A DNA stretch of 48,611 bases from positions 82,028,200 through 82,076,810 of the forward strand of contig NC_057711.1 of NCBI RefSeq assembly GCF_004010195.1, written 5' to 3'. The notes below the pieces were generated by a model that did no database searches, was not told the origin of the DNA, and saw nothing but the letters and a program-made list of their open reading frames with translations. Position numbers and translations under genes: made by a program. Positions 24,012 through 35,619 of the stretch are shown piece by piece. Each line of letters starts with the position of its first letter. Position 1 is the stretch's first letter. The stretch comes from Chiloscyllium plagiosum. Lineage: Eukaryota.

Positions 24012-26077
24012 TAGAGTCATAGAGATAGACAGCACGGAAACAGACCCTTCAGTCCAACTCGTGCATGCCAACCAGATATCCAATATAAATCTCGTCCCAT
24101 TTGCCAGCATTTGGCCCACATTCCTCGAAGCCCTTCCTATTCATATACCCATCCAGATACCTTTTAAATATTGTAATTGTATCAATCTCCACTATTTCCT
24201 CTGGCAGCTCATTCCAGAGATGCACCACCTCTACATGAAAACGTTGCCCCTTAGGTCCCTTTTATGTCTTTCCCTTCTTACCTTAAATCTTTGCCCTCTA
24301 GTTTTGAACTCCCCCACCCTGGGTAAAATACCTTGTCTATTTACCCTATCCATGCCCTTCACGATTTTATAGACCTCTATAAGGTAGCCCTTTAGCTTCC
24401 GACACTCCAGGGAAAATAGCCCCAGCCTGTTCAGCCTCTCCTCAAAGCTCAAACCCTCCAACCCTCCGTGTAATTCTTTTCTGAACTCTTTCAAGTTTCA
24501 CAACATCCTTCCAGTAGGAGGGAGACCAAAATTACACAAAATACTCTAAAAGTGGCCAAACCATTGTCCTGTACAGCCACAACATGACCTCCCAACTCCT
24601 ATACTCGATGCTCTGACCAGTAAAGGAAACTAAATGCCTTCTTCACTATCCTATCTACCTAAGACTCCACTTTTAAGGAACAATGAACCTGCAATCCAAG
24701 GTGTCTTTGTTCAGCAACACTCCACAGGACCTTGCCATTAAGTGTATAAGTCCTGCTCTGATTTTCTTTTCCAAAGTGCAGCACCTCACATTTATTTAAA
24801 CTAAACTCCATCTAACACCCCTCAGCCTATTGGCCCATCTGATCAAGATCCCGCTGTAATCTGAGGTAACCTTCTTCGCTATCCACTACACCTCCAATTT
24901 TAGTGCCATCTGCAAACTTATTAGCCACACCTTCTATGTTCACAATCACATTTATACAAATGACAAAAAGCAGTAGACCCAGCACCAATCCTTGTGGCAC
25001 ACTGCTGGTCGCAGGCCTCCAGTCTGAAAGGTAGCACTCTGTCCTCTACCTTGGAGCCAGTTCTGTATCCAAATGGCTAGTTCTCTCTGTATTCCATGTG
25101 ATCTAATCTTGTTATCCAGTCTACCATGAGGAACCTTGTTGAACACCTTACTGAAGTCCATATCGATCACATCCATCGCTCTGCCTTCAATAATCCTCTT
25201 CATTACATCTTCAAAAAACTCAATCAAGTTAGTGAGACATGATTTCCCATGCACAAAACCATGTTGACTATCCCTAATCAGTCCTTGCCTTTCCAAATAG
25301 GTGTAAATCCTGTCCCTCAGGATTCCCTCCAAAACCTTGCTCACCACCGACATCAGGTTCACTAGTCCGTAGTTCCCTGACTTTTCCTTTCCACCATTCT
25401 TAAACAGTGGTATCACGTTAGCCAACCTCCAGTCTTCCGGCACTTCACCTGTGGCTATCGATGATACAAATATCTCAAAGGGCTCAGCAATTACTTCCCT
25501 AGCTTCCCACAGAATTCAAGGGTACACCTGATCGGGTCCCGGGGATTTAGCCACCTTTGTGTGTTTTAAGACTCCAGCATCTCCTTTTCTGCAATATGGA
25601 CATTTTTCAGGATGTCACTATTTATTTCTCCACATTCTATATCGTCTATATTCTTCTACACAGTAAACACTGATGCAAAATACTCGTTTAGTATCTTCTC
25701 CATCTCCTACGGTTCCACACTTAGGCAGCCTTGCTGATCTTTGAGGGGTCCTTTTCTCTCCCTTGTTACCCTTTTGTCCTTAATGTATTTGTAGAATCTC
25801 TTTGGATTCTCCTTAACCCTAATTACCAAAGGTATCTCATGTCCTCTTTTTACCCTCCCGATTTCCCTCTTAAGTATACTTCTACTGCCTTTATACTCTT
25901 CTAGGGATTCACTTGATCTCTGCTGACATATGCTTTATTCTTTTTCTTGATCAAAACCTCAACTTCTCTTGTCATCCAGCATTCCCTACACTTACCAGCC
26001 TTGCCCTTCACCCTAACAGGAATATACTGTCTCTGGCTTCTCGTTATCTAATTTCTGAAGGCTTCCCATTTTCCTGT
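24012..26077 (-). mobile_element. CR1 LINE, 5'-truncated (about 2 kb, RT to 3' UTR)
   Basis: ORF 24952-25443(-) contains PEDWRLANVIPLFK, SQHGFVHGKSCLTNLIEFFE and DFSKVFNKVPHGRL. ORF 24231-24494(-) contains LSFEERLNRLGLFSLE. Confidence 0.95.
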
Positions 26078-26194
26078 CGCCCACCCCCCACCCCCACCTT
26101 TTTGTCATTTTGTCATGTTCAAGCCAAAATGACTTATAACTATACAGTTTTTGCATATAATTTGGTGCTACACTTCGTTTGAAGAATGTCCAAG

Positions 26195-26432
26195 TTGTGA
26201 TTTAGTCAGAAGTCACACAACATCAGGTTATAGTCCAACAGGTTTATTTGAAATCACACAAGCTTTTGGAGAGCAGCCCTTTCATCAGCTGCAGTGAGAA
26301 AGTAGGGCAATACAGACACAGAGTTTATGGGCAAGGAGATCAAGATCTGAGAAATCAAAAGATCATACAACTGGTGTGAGTGGAGCATCAGATAATAAGT
26401 CTCTGCAGGTGACTAAGTGTGTTGACTGTTTG
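26195..26432 (-). mobile_element. Penelope-like pLTR fragment (related subfamily)
   Basis: Contains cacacaacatcaggttatagtccaacaggtttatttg. The minus-strand core is CTGATGA...AAAAGCTT, with the G of GAAA lost. Confidence 0.7.
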
Positions 26433-26451
26433 TAAAGCATTTATAAAGGCA

Positions 26452-26940
26452 ATGTTAAAAATCAGACAACACCAGGTTATAGTCCAACAGGTTTATTTGA
26501 AAGTACTAGCTTTCAGAGTGCTGCTCCTTCATCAGGCACCTAATGAGGCAGGATCATAAGACACAGAAGCTATAGCAAAAGATCACAGTGCCATGCAATT
26601 AAAACGACATATTGAACAAATCTAGATTGCTGTTAAGTCTTTCATCTTTTAGGAAGGGTTGCAGGTTTCGGTTCTTAAAATGTAAATCCTAGAACTATTT
26701 TTAAGTCACATTTTCAAGGTAACTTACGGTTTTATTAAAAAAAAATCTCAGCTCAGACAATGTATTAAAGGTATGAGATCAGAGTCCGTCTGTATCCCAA
26801 CCTTGAGTCAGACTGGTTCTATTTTCAAAGTACAAATTTTTTAAATTGTATATGGATTGATGGCCTACATTGACTGCCTGCAGGCTGTATGCTGTTTGAA
26901 CAAAAATAGAATGTATCTGCACATATAATTCTGCAAATGT
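26452..26940 (-). mobile_element. Penelope-like pLTR
   Basis: Collinear homologue of 13698-14190, and retains an intact hammerhead core. Confidence 0.78.
26503..26539 (-). ncRNA. Minimal type-I hammerhead ribozyme motif (PLE type)
   Basis: Minus strand reads GTGC-CTGATGA-A-GGAG(CAGCA)CTCT-GAAA-GC-TA-GTAC. Stem I is GTGC/GTAC, stem II is GGAG/CTCT, stem III is the palindrome AGCT, and the cleavage triplet is CUA. Confidence 0.7.
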
Positions 26941-26984
26941 GAGCGACTGTAGTGACCTCCTCAGGATGCAACCAATAGGGTACC

Positions 26985-27130
26985 CTTCTTTGTCCAGTAA
27001 TGGGGGAGTCCTGAACTAAGGGTCATAGTTACTGATTAAGGAGAATTCATTTAAAACTGAAATGCAAAGGTATTTCTTCTCCCAGAGAGTAGTGAATGTT
27101 TGAAATTCTCCACCCCAGAGAGTTATGGAG
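26985..27130 (+). mobile_element. CR1 3' ORF2 fragment
   Basis: Contains actaagggtcatagt (TKGHS) and tttcttctcccagagagtagtgaatgtttgaaattctc (FFSQRVVNV*NS). Confidence 0.75.
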
Positions 27131-27224
27131 ATGGTCTTCTTCTGTGCTGCAGAATTCCACCATAGAAACAAAACTATCTAAATGGTATTACCATGTGCAT
27201 GATTATCATTTTGTTTTGGTTTTC

Positions 27225-28030
27225 CTTTATTAGATGTGGGCATCACTGGCAAGGTCAGCATTTGTTGCCCATGTTTAATTGCCAAAAGAAACTAATGGAT
27301 TCCATCTGGTTCAGGTACATTGCTGTTGGAAGGGAGTTCCAGGATTTTGGTTCAACTACAATGAAGGCACAGCAATTATAGTGCCAGGTCAGGATAGTGT
27401 TTGCCTTACAGAGGAACTGGTATTTTTATACATTTGTTGCCTTTGTCATTTTAGGTGGCAGAGGTTGCAGGTTTGGAAGAGGCTGTCAAACGAGCCTAAA
27501 TACATTGCCACAGTGCAATTTGTAAATGGTACACACTGCTACAATAATGCATCACTGCTGCAGAAATGAATGTTTAATGTTGTGGGTAGAATACCAAGGA
27601 AGTGGGCGACTTTGTTCTACCTGGTGTCAAGTGTCTTTAGTGTGCTGGAACTCCACTCCTTCAGGTGGGCTCCATCACACTCTTGACTTGAACCCTGTAA
27701 GTGATGGATGGACTTTGGCGAGTCATGAAGCAAGTCACTTGCCACAGAGTTCTCAACCTCTGACTTGTAGCTCAGCTTTCATAGCCACAGTATTGATAAT
27801 ATTTTGTTTCCATTCAGTTTCTGGTCCATGTTAACTCCCACGGTGTTGACCTTGAGGGATTCAAAGGTGGTAATCTTATGTAATGTAAAGGGGTGATGAT
27901 TAGATTCTCTCCTGATAAAGATAACCATTGCCTGGCACTAATGTGGTGCAAATAATATTTGCCACTATCAGCCCAAGCTTGAATATTGTCCAGATCTAGC
28001 TGCATATTGGTACAGACTGCTTCAGTATCA
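27225..28030 (-). mobile_element. CR1/L2-clade LINE 3' portion (different family)
   Basis: ORF 27814-28038(-) contains MQLDLDNIQAWAD. Its 3' tail (gggcaacaaatgctgaccttgccagtgatgcccacatc on the minus strand) is shared with 40650-40820 and 43380-43457. Confidence 0.75.
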
Positions 28031-29204
28031 AAGAACAATCAAGACCTAACTAATCTGCACAAGTTTAGAAAATATTTAAAGCTAACGTTCAATTTCATAG
28101 GACTCTATTCTCAACCATTAGTCTTTTTCATGTTTAATTCCTCCTGAAGCTTTCTACTATTACTTTCCAGTTGTGGATCATTCTTAAAGTTGATTGCAAG
28201 CACTTGAAACAAACCTTATCATGGTGACAAAATGGTAAAGTGAATGGATTAACACAATGTATAACAATAAAGATATCTCACTTTGTTGTCAATAAATCTT
28301 TAATTGAATTCTCTTTGCATTTATAGTTGGAAATAAGAAGAAGCAAATTCACACATTCTGGTGATACAGCTAACATACAAGATAAATGATAATGCTGCGA
28401 AGTTGCTAATTTCTCAAAAAAAGGGTCAGGTGCTATTTGTACTTCAGTTTGGGAAGGGACTTTGAATATATAATCTGAATAAAGCATGCTTTAAGAAATA
28501 GAACAATATTATCAAAGGTTGGGGAGCTCATCTAACCCTACAAGATAAAGGAATTAAAACATTAAACAGAACCATGCTTTCAAATGACTAATAATAGCTA
28601 CAGCCAATGACAGATATAAAAAATCTAAAGGAAGAAAAGAACAAACAACAGAGACAAGAGGGTCATGAAAGTTTCTTAACTCTTACGTGGTATCTAAACT
28701 TATCCCTACCATCACCACAATGTTCCCTTATCCTAATCAGAAGGCAGTTACAAGATGGACAAATTAAATGAGCAGTCAGAAGTCCCTATGCAAAATTTAA
28801 TACTGGTGGAAAAAATACACTATTTATTCAGATTTAGTTATCTGACACTATTCATACCATAAGACCTTTTGTTTTTATAACAAACATGCTTTTGTGATAT
28901 GGATCACATGACAGACAACAAATGGAGGCCTTTGGAAACAGATGTTTATTGTGACATTTGAAAAAAAGGCATGTGTATTTACAAAGAACTATTCTGTGCA
29001 GTCCCACTTATCTTTCAGCAATCAGCAAACCCAAACACCAAAGTGGTCAAATCAAGGAAAATTCAGGAGTTCAAACGCACTCTCATTTCAAGTTCATCTC
29101 TAAATATAGCAAACAGATAGCTTCTAAGAATGTCAGCCCAACTCTACAGAAAATGTAGCTGAAGTTTTAGAGGTTTAAGGCAATATTCTGAGATAGTAAT
29201 TCCC

Positions 29205-29335
29205 TGGTTCAGTTAGTACTTTTGCCATAAAGTCAGATGGTTGGGACTCCAAAACCCACATCAGAATTTGAGCATATCATCTTCATTGAAGCCCTTAGTA
29301 CAGTAATGAAGGGGCTCCATTCTCAGAAGTGCAAT
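29205..29335 (+). mobile_element. Degenerate tRNA-derived SINE head (Deu/SacSINE1-like)
   Basis: agtcagatggttgggactcc...agaatttgagcatatcatct...tacagtaatgaagggg resembles the 5' region of shark DeuSINE as I recall it; heavily diverged. Confidence 0.4.
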
Positions 29336-30480
29336 TAATTCTTTGAAGCAGCTCAGGACAAAGTGCTAATTTACTTATTTCATTTTATTTAGGTCTAAAT
29401 GATCACATAAAAATCATCACTGATATATTTCAGAAGAGTTAGCTTGATACGCAAGTTAAATATTGATTAATTTAAAGTACCTAAAGGAAACATGAAGTGA
29501 AAGATGATGACCAACAGAAACATCAAACACATCATAAACTGTGTGATATCTCTATCCACTCCTTCAACAATCCCACAGCCTGAAGCATGATGATTGCCAC
29601 CAAAAGGATTGACCAAAATGCCTCCAGCATTATCAAGGAACATCATAATGCAATGGTCGAAGTCAGCACTAGTGCACCTGATGTAACAGCAGACAAAACA
29701 GGCCCAAAGAAGAAAGCTCCAAACATCGTGAGCCTCAGCAGAGACCAAAAAATGTTAAGTACCTGGGAATCAGGTTCAAGGGACAGAAGAATTCCACTGT
29801 GTCCTTTCTGTCCAATTGCACTAGGTTACCAATATCTTCCAACAGGTAGTCCAGGGAAATAATGGCAAATTAGTGACAATTTTGTCTAGCACCTTTAACA
29901 TGGACAAATATCTGACAATGTTTCATAGGGATGCCATCAAATCAAATTTGGCACAATATTTTACACAATATCAAGACCACAAAAGGAAACAAATGAGTGA
30001 ACAAATTCTTGATCAAAGATATTGCAAGTGTTGTATTCAGGTCATTATTTCACCCAGGTAAGCTGAGACAAATGTATAAATTGGTAATATTGCAGGCAAA
30101 AAAAGAACAGTTTTGGTGTCAGGCAGAACATTCAGCTGGAAATTTCACTCTGAATCAAAAGGAACACCAATATTGCAAATAGTCTTACTCAGCCTCAGAT
30201 AGTGACCAGACAGAGTGATCAAAATAGTACAAGAGAATAAAGTATAATGTATGGTCAGCTATTTCAAAGACTGCAAACAGACCAACAAGAATAAAGGAGG
30301 AATAGTTTAACACTATATAAATCACACAGTATATCATTTGTGACTCTGATCAGGACTGTTGTCATACAACTTAATAAGTTTACAAAGGAGTCAGGGATCA
30401 GGTCAAACAATCAATTATTTTCATGCATATGCAAGGAAAACTAGTCTTATCATCAAGAAGTGTCCAACTACTCAGGAGAA

Positions 30481-30794
30481 GCACGGTGGCTCGGTGGCTC
30501 AGTGGTTAGCACTGTTGCATCACAGCACCAGGGTTCCATGTTCGATTCCAGCCTCGGGCGACAGTCTGTGTGGAGTTTGCACATTCTCCCCGTGTCTGCG
30601 TGGGTTTCCTCTGGGTGCTCTGGTTTCCTCCCACAGTCCAAAGATGTGCAGGTTAGGTGAATTGGCCCGTAGTGTTAGGTGCATTAGTCAGGGGTAATTG
30701 TAGGGGAATGGATCTGGGTGGGTTGCTCTTTGGAGGGTCAGTGTGGACTTGTTGGGCCGAAGGGCCTGTTTCCACACTGTAGGGAATCTAATCT
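30481..30794 (+). mobile_element. HE1-like V-SINE
   Basis: Starts gcacggtggctcggtggctcagtggttagc, has B box GTTCGATTCC, the V-domain, and the tail gggccgaagggcctgtttccacactgtagggaatctaatct. Confidence 0.95.
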
Positions 30795-30894
30795 ACTCTG
30801 CTTTACACCTCCAAGCTTTATACAAAACGTTACAATTCACACACTTCTTTGTCCAGGTATCTTACATTAGCCACTGTTTTCCCAGAGGTGAAGA

Positions 30895-31365
30895 TGTGGT
30901 GCTAAAAGCAGACTGAAAGGGGAGGGGTACAGTACGTGCTGAGAGAGAACTATGAGCAATATCAGCTGACAAGGTGAAGAATGGAAGTTGGGTGTTCAGT
31001 GGTTTGGCAGGAATTGGGTCAAGGGAGCGGGCAATGGATTTTATGGATAAGATTAGTTCAGAGTGGGCATGATAGGAGAGAAGCTGGAAAAATATGAAAG
31101 TTTAGGACATGTGAATTCTGTCAGAAAGTTAAGCTTGGTACTTAAGGACAGAGGAAGGAAATGACAGAGGCAGCTGAACAGGCAGTTTCAACTTTAATGA
31201 TATAGGAACCCTGAGCTATTTGCACTTGCTGAAAGTGAGAGTGGAAGAGGATGGGGAGATGAGTTTTAAAAGATAGTCTGTAGTGAAGAGAAGTCTGAGG
31301 TAATCATTGTATTCCAGATGATTATGGAATACTAGGCAGATTTGAACGAGGACAGCAGGACCCTA
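30895..31365 (-). mobile_element. L2 LINE ORF2 fragment
   Basis: Minus strand gives LLSSFKSA*YSIII...LRLLFTTDYLLK and LDPIPAKPLNTQLPF...ADIAHSSLSARTVPLPFQSA, matching the L2 pre-RT motif LDPIP...L..IVN.SL..G.VP..FK.A. Confidence 0.75.
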
Positions 31366-31377
31366 AAACAATATACA

Positions 31378-31670
31378 TAGATTACAATTAGAATTCCTAC
31401 TGTGTGGAAACAGGCCCTTCGGCGCAACAAGTCCACACCGACCCTCCAAAGAGCATCCCACCCAAACCTATTCCCCTTCATTTACCCCCAACTCATGCAC
31501 CTAACCTATATATCCCTGAAACAATATGGCTAATTTAGCACAGCCAATTCACCTAACCTACACATATTTGGACTGCTGGTAGGAAACCGGAGCACTGGAG
31601 GAAACCCACACAGACACAGGAGAATGCACAAACTCCAAACAGACAGTCACCCAAGACTAGAATCGAACCC
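31378..31670 (-). mobile_element. HE1-like SINE, 5'-truncated
   Basis: gtgtggaaacaggcccttcggcgcaacaagtccacaccg...agacagtcacccaagactagaatcgaaccc. Confidence 0.9.
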
Positions 31671-32937
31671 AACCTAATTGGCAATGACTTTCAAGTCTAC
31701 GTTTTGGATGTGTGCCATTCAAGCAAACAAAACAGTAATAGAATTAATATGTAGAAAAACATTAAACATGGAGATGCAACTATAATTGAGAAAACAATAG
31801 CTGCTGAAATGTTGTAGTAAATAGAAATAAAAAGACCTCACAGTTGGGAATTCGAAAGAGTTTTGTAGGACAGTTTTATTTTTACCTGAAGTGGGCACAG
31901 AAGAAAAGAGTTTATAAGAGGAGGGATGTTAATCGGAAGGATATAGGAAATGATTAGCTATTCTGATCATAAGTTTCATAATAGTAAAAGTGATGATGGA
32001 TGTAGATTCCAGAAGTCCTGGCATCAAACACAGCACCCGTCAGTTTCACTGGGGCAACAGGGTAAATTGCATTGTGTACATCTGTGGCACACAGAGGAAC
32101 CTGCCTTCACTGAACAGCCAACTTCCATTCCTGGCCTTGTGAGCTGATATTGCTAACAGCTCTCTCTCAGCAGGAACAGTATCACCCTCCTTCTGGTTGG
32201 TCTTCAGCACTGTTGGAAAACAGTAGCTAATGTAATATATGTTGTAATGATTTGTACATGTTCTAACTGGGATGTCCAACTGGGATGTTGGATTAAGCTT
32301 TTCAGGAGAAGATCAAAAATGCCAATGTCCTACAGAGTGATAGGATACCCTTTTCAAAAGGTAAGGTATCCATTTAGATAGGTTGAAGGATGCTTTGGGA
32401 GAGGTCAGCTATTCTTTGGGAGAGGTCAAGTGTCATTTGAGATTGTTAAAAGTAGATGTGAATATGTGTACAGTGGGTAATCTAACTGGAATGTATTTGA
32501 GCTGTCAAGCCAATTGAAACTGTCAAGGGAACCACCAAGCAAACTGGAAATGTCAGGCAACCGAAGGATTTAAATCTCCTGACCTTTAAAGTTTTTGAAA
32601 GAAAATTAAACAAAATCCATGCTTTCTATTTCACTCTGTCTCCTTACATAAGCTTGATAGTTATCATTTAAAGGTTTGTGCTGTGTGACAGAATTCAAAT
32701 ACTACCATTATCATAGTGGGGTTCCTGTCTGTCACAGTTTGATTGACAGCTCCAAACATTTGTAAAATCCTGGACTGGGACAATGAATACAATTAATTGT
32801 TTGCATAAATGATTAATTAGTTAAAGGTATTTGAATATTGTGAATAGATTATTAATAGAGAGTTATTTTTAAAATAATGAATTACTGTACCTTATTTATC
32901 TCAGCATAAGCCTGGTGTGATTTGTAACAAATTAATT

Positions 32938-33574
32938 GAGAAAGCTAATGGTATGTTATCCCTTATCACAAGGAATTGAACATTAAAGGATGTAATGTTT
33001 CAGTTACACAGGCATTGGTAAGACCACTTCTCTGTGTGCAGTTTTGTTTCTTTTTTCACTTAAGGAAGGGTGTAAATGCATTAGTGGTAGCTCAAAGGAA
33101 GTTTACTTGATCGATATCTGGAATTAGTGAGTTGTTTATTAAGATATGTTCGATAGGCTGGGTTTGTTTCCACTAGAGTTCAGAAGAGTAAGGGATAATT
33201 TGATTGACGTGTAGAAGATCCTGAATGATATTGAGAAGGTGAATGTGGAAAGGATATTTCCTTTATGTGTGTCAGTCCCAGAACTACAAGGCACTGTTTT
33301 AAAATTAGAGATCATCCTTTGAGGTAAGACATGGTCATTTATTTTTCACTCAGAGGGATATATGACCTTGTAACTCTCTCCCTCATGGTGGTGGAGGCAG
33401 GGTCATTGAATATTTCTAAGACAAACATAGATAGATTCTTTTCGGCATGGAAATCGAGGATTGTTGGGGGGGGAAGGGGAACATGTTAAATTCAAACATA
33501 GTTCAGCCATGAAACTAATGAATGGCTCAGGGGGACAAATGATCTATTTTTGTCCTTTTTTTGTATGTTTGTAT
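32938..33574 (+). mobile_element. CR1 3' fragment
   Basis: Contains aaagctaatggtatgtta (KANGML), ttggtaagaccactt (LVRPL) and agagtaagggataatttgattgacgtg, and ends in a tgtatg tail. Confidence 0.85.
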
Positions 33575-33828
33575 CTGACTGTCAATCAGCATTAACGGGT
33601 GCATAAAAATCTTCTGGTAAGAACTAATCATAGCAAAGAAAATGTTCTGATGTGTTCAGGTGCCTATTAAAAATTATTCAGCTAGTAAAAGGATGTTCAT
33701 AAAATTATGGATACCAGAATAATTAGTATAAATTAGCATACTTCTATTGAGTATTTTGTTTTCTTTACCAGAGGAGCCTTGTGTCCTTTGTAGAAAAACT
33801 CTGCCAAAATTCATTTATTCTTGGCTAC

Positions 33829-34360
33829 AGAGTCAATAAAGTGTGGTGTAGGAAAAAGCACAGCAGGTCAGTCAGCATTTGAGGAGCAAGAGAGTTGATA
33901 TTTCAGACTTAACCCTTCATCAGGACTTGAAGGGGGAGGATTGAAAGGAGAAATTGGTTAGGGTGAGGACCAGTTCCACCAATCAAATGAGAGTATCTGT
34001 GGAGGGGGACTGGGTGAGTCAGCGGGAGAGGAAGAAATGGAGGGTTTTTAGGCCTTCTTTATGAAGGATACAGATGTAGAGGGACTGGATGTCCATGGCG
34101 AAGATGAGGTGTTGGGAGCCAGAGAATTGGAAGTCATGGAGGAGGTGGAGGGCATGGGTGGTGTCTTGAACTTATGTGACGAATCTCTGAACCAAGTGGG
34201 AGAGGATGGAGTCAAGATAAGCAGAGATGAGTTTGGTAGGGCAGGAGCAGGTGAAGATAATCGGTCAGGTTTGGGGATTTTGGTAAGTGATAGAACCAGG
34301 TGGTGCAGGATTGGAGAACTATGAGGTTGGAGGCTGAGGATGGGAGATCAGCTGAGGTGA
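33829..34360 (-). mobile_element. Penelope-like element: older pLTR plus RT fragment
   Basis: Minus strand gives PKIPKPD and LIFAMDIQSLYICILHKEGLKTLHFFLSR*...PSTDTLI*LVELVLTLTNFSFQ, matching the PLE RT motifs PKIHK, D..SLY and N.F.F. A pLTR lies at 33829-33930. Confidence 0.85.
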
Positions 34361-34493
34361 TGATTCCTGAAGAAGGGCTTATGCCCGAAACGTCGATTCT
34401 CCTGTTCCCTGGATGCTGCCTGACCTGCTGCGCTTTTCCAGCAACACATTTTCAGCTCTGATCTCCAGCATCTGCAGACCTCACTCTCTCCTC
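34361..34493 (+). mobile_element. Young Penelope-like pLTR
   Basis: Nearly identical to the reverse complement of 46507-46625 and of 48530-48611. Confidence 0.88.
34362..34399 (+). ncRNA. Minimal type-I hammerhead ribozyme motif (PLE type)
   Basis: Reads GATTC-CTGAAGA-A-GGGC(TTAT)GCCC-GAAA-CG-TC-GATTC. Stem II is a perfect 4 bp, stem III is the palindrome ACGT, the triplet is GUC, and stem I (GATTC/GATTC) pairs 4 of 5. Confidence 0.8.
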
Positions 34494-35619
34494 ATAGCTT
34501 TTATTTATATCAACTTTAAAGTTGCAGATTACAAGATCAAATAAATTAGATTCCTTTTGACTCTTCTTCAACTGAACAGACATGTCTAACAAAACATAAG
34601 CTATCACCATGGTTATTTATGAAACTGAAATTACTTTGGATTCTGTGCACTCCAGATATGAGGATTGAGGGGCTAGAGAAAAAGATTCTACTTTTTATGC
34701 AAAAAGAATATAAAAATTAATTTCACACTTTCTGTACTTTGAATTGTCCTTTAGGTATTTGCAGCAGAAATTGTGTGGAGGCTTAAAAAGTATAATAATT
34801 CATTACATTCTTAACTGGGCAAGCAGACTTTTTTTATTTAAGTGCTGGTACAGAATTTACATGAAGAGATTTCTTAAAGTGCACTGTGATATGAAAAAGT
34901 AATACTTACAAGATTGGAATTTTACTGCAACAAAACACAAGAGAGTATGCACATTTTAAGAGCTTATACTGATTAGACTCAAGCTGTTAGTGAATGATAA
35001 AGTACTGAATGTGACAGTTCTCACATAGAATGAATAATATTATGATAGAAACAAGCAGGATAACAGAAAGCTGACAGCATTATAAACCAAGGAAATCAAG
35101 CCTACAGAATTTCAACAGAACCTATGACTGAATTGTTGGCATTACAACTTATAGTGAAAACACAAAAGGCATCTTATGTTGATAGACACCGCAAAAAAAG
35201 GTTGGGAAGGTGCAGAGTTCTCCAAAAATTCCAGGACTTGATGAGACAGGTTAATTGCTGACTCTGTTATTATGCCTATTTCCCTTCCTTCTTTACTACT
35301 TGCTATTCCTGCTAATCCATACTCCGCTTGTGACATCTACTATTCCTTGGATTTGCACTTAACTCCAGTTGCAGGTATTATTTAACTCACTGGGAGGTTC
35401 TCACCTCCAAATGACTGTCCTTCACTTGCTAATAGCTGCAAATTAATTAATATGGGTTTGTAAATGTACCACCATGACATCACCTATCCTCACAGTAACT
35501 GCTGCTTTATTTCCTTTAGCTAATTCCTTACTTTGATTACAAACAAGCTAACACCCCACAGAAGTCTTGAGTTCCCTGAAGAAGTTACAGTCTTACAATC
35601 ATCCAAGTTTGAAAATTAC

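Noticed and set aside
29587..29862. 91 aa ORF, with an NVKYLGIRF motif in a neighbouring frame
   Set aside because: A single KYLG-like motif hints at a decayed LINE RT, but no other motifs or splice signals were found.
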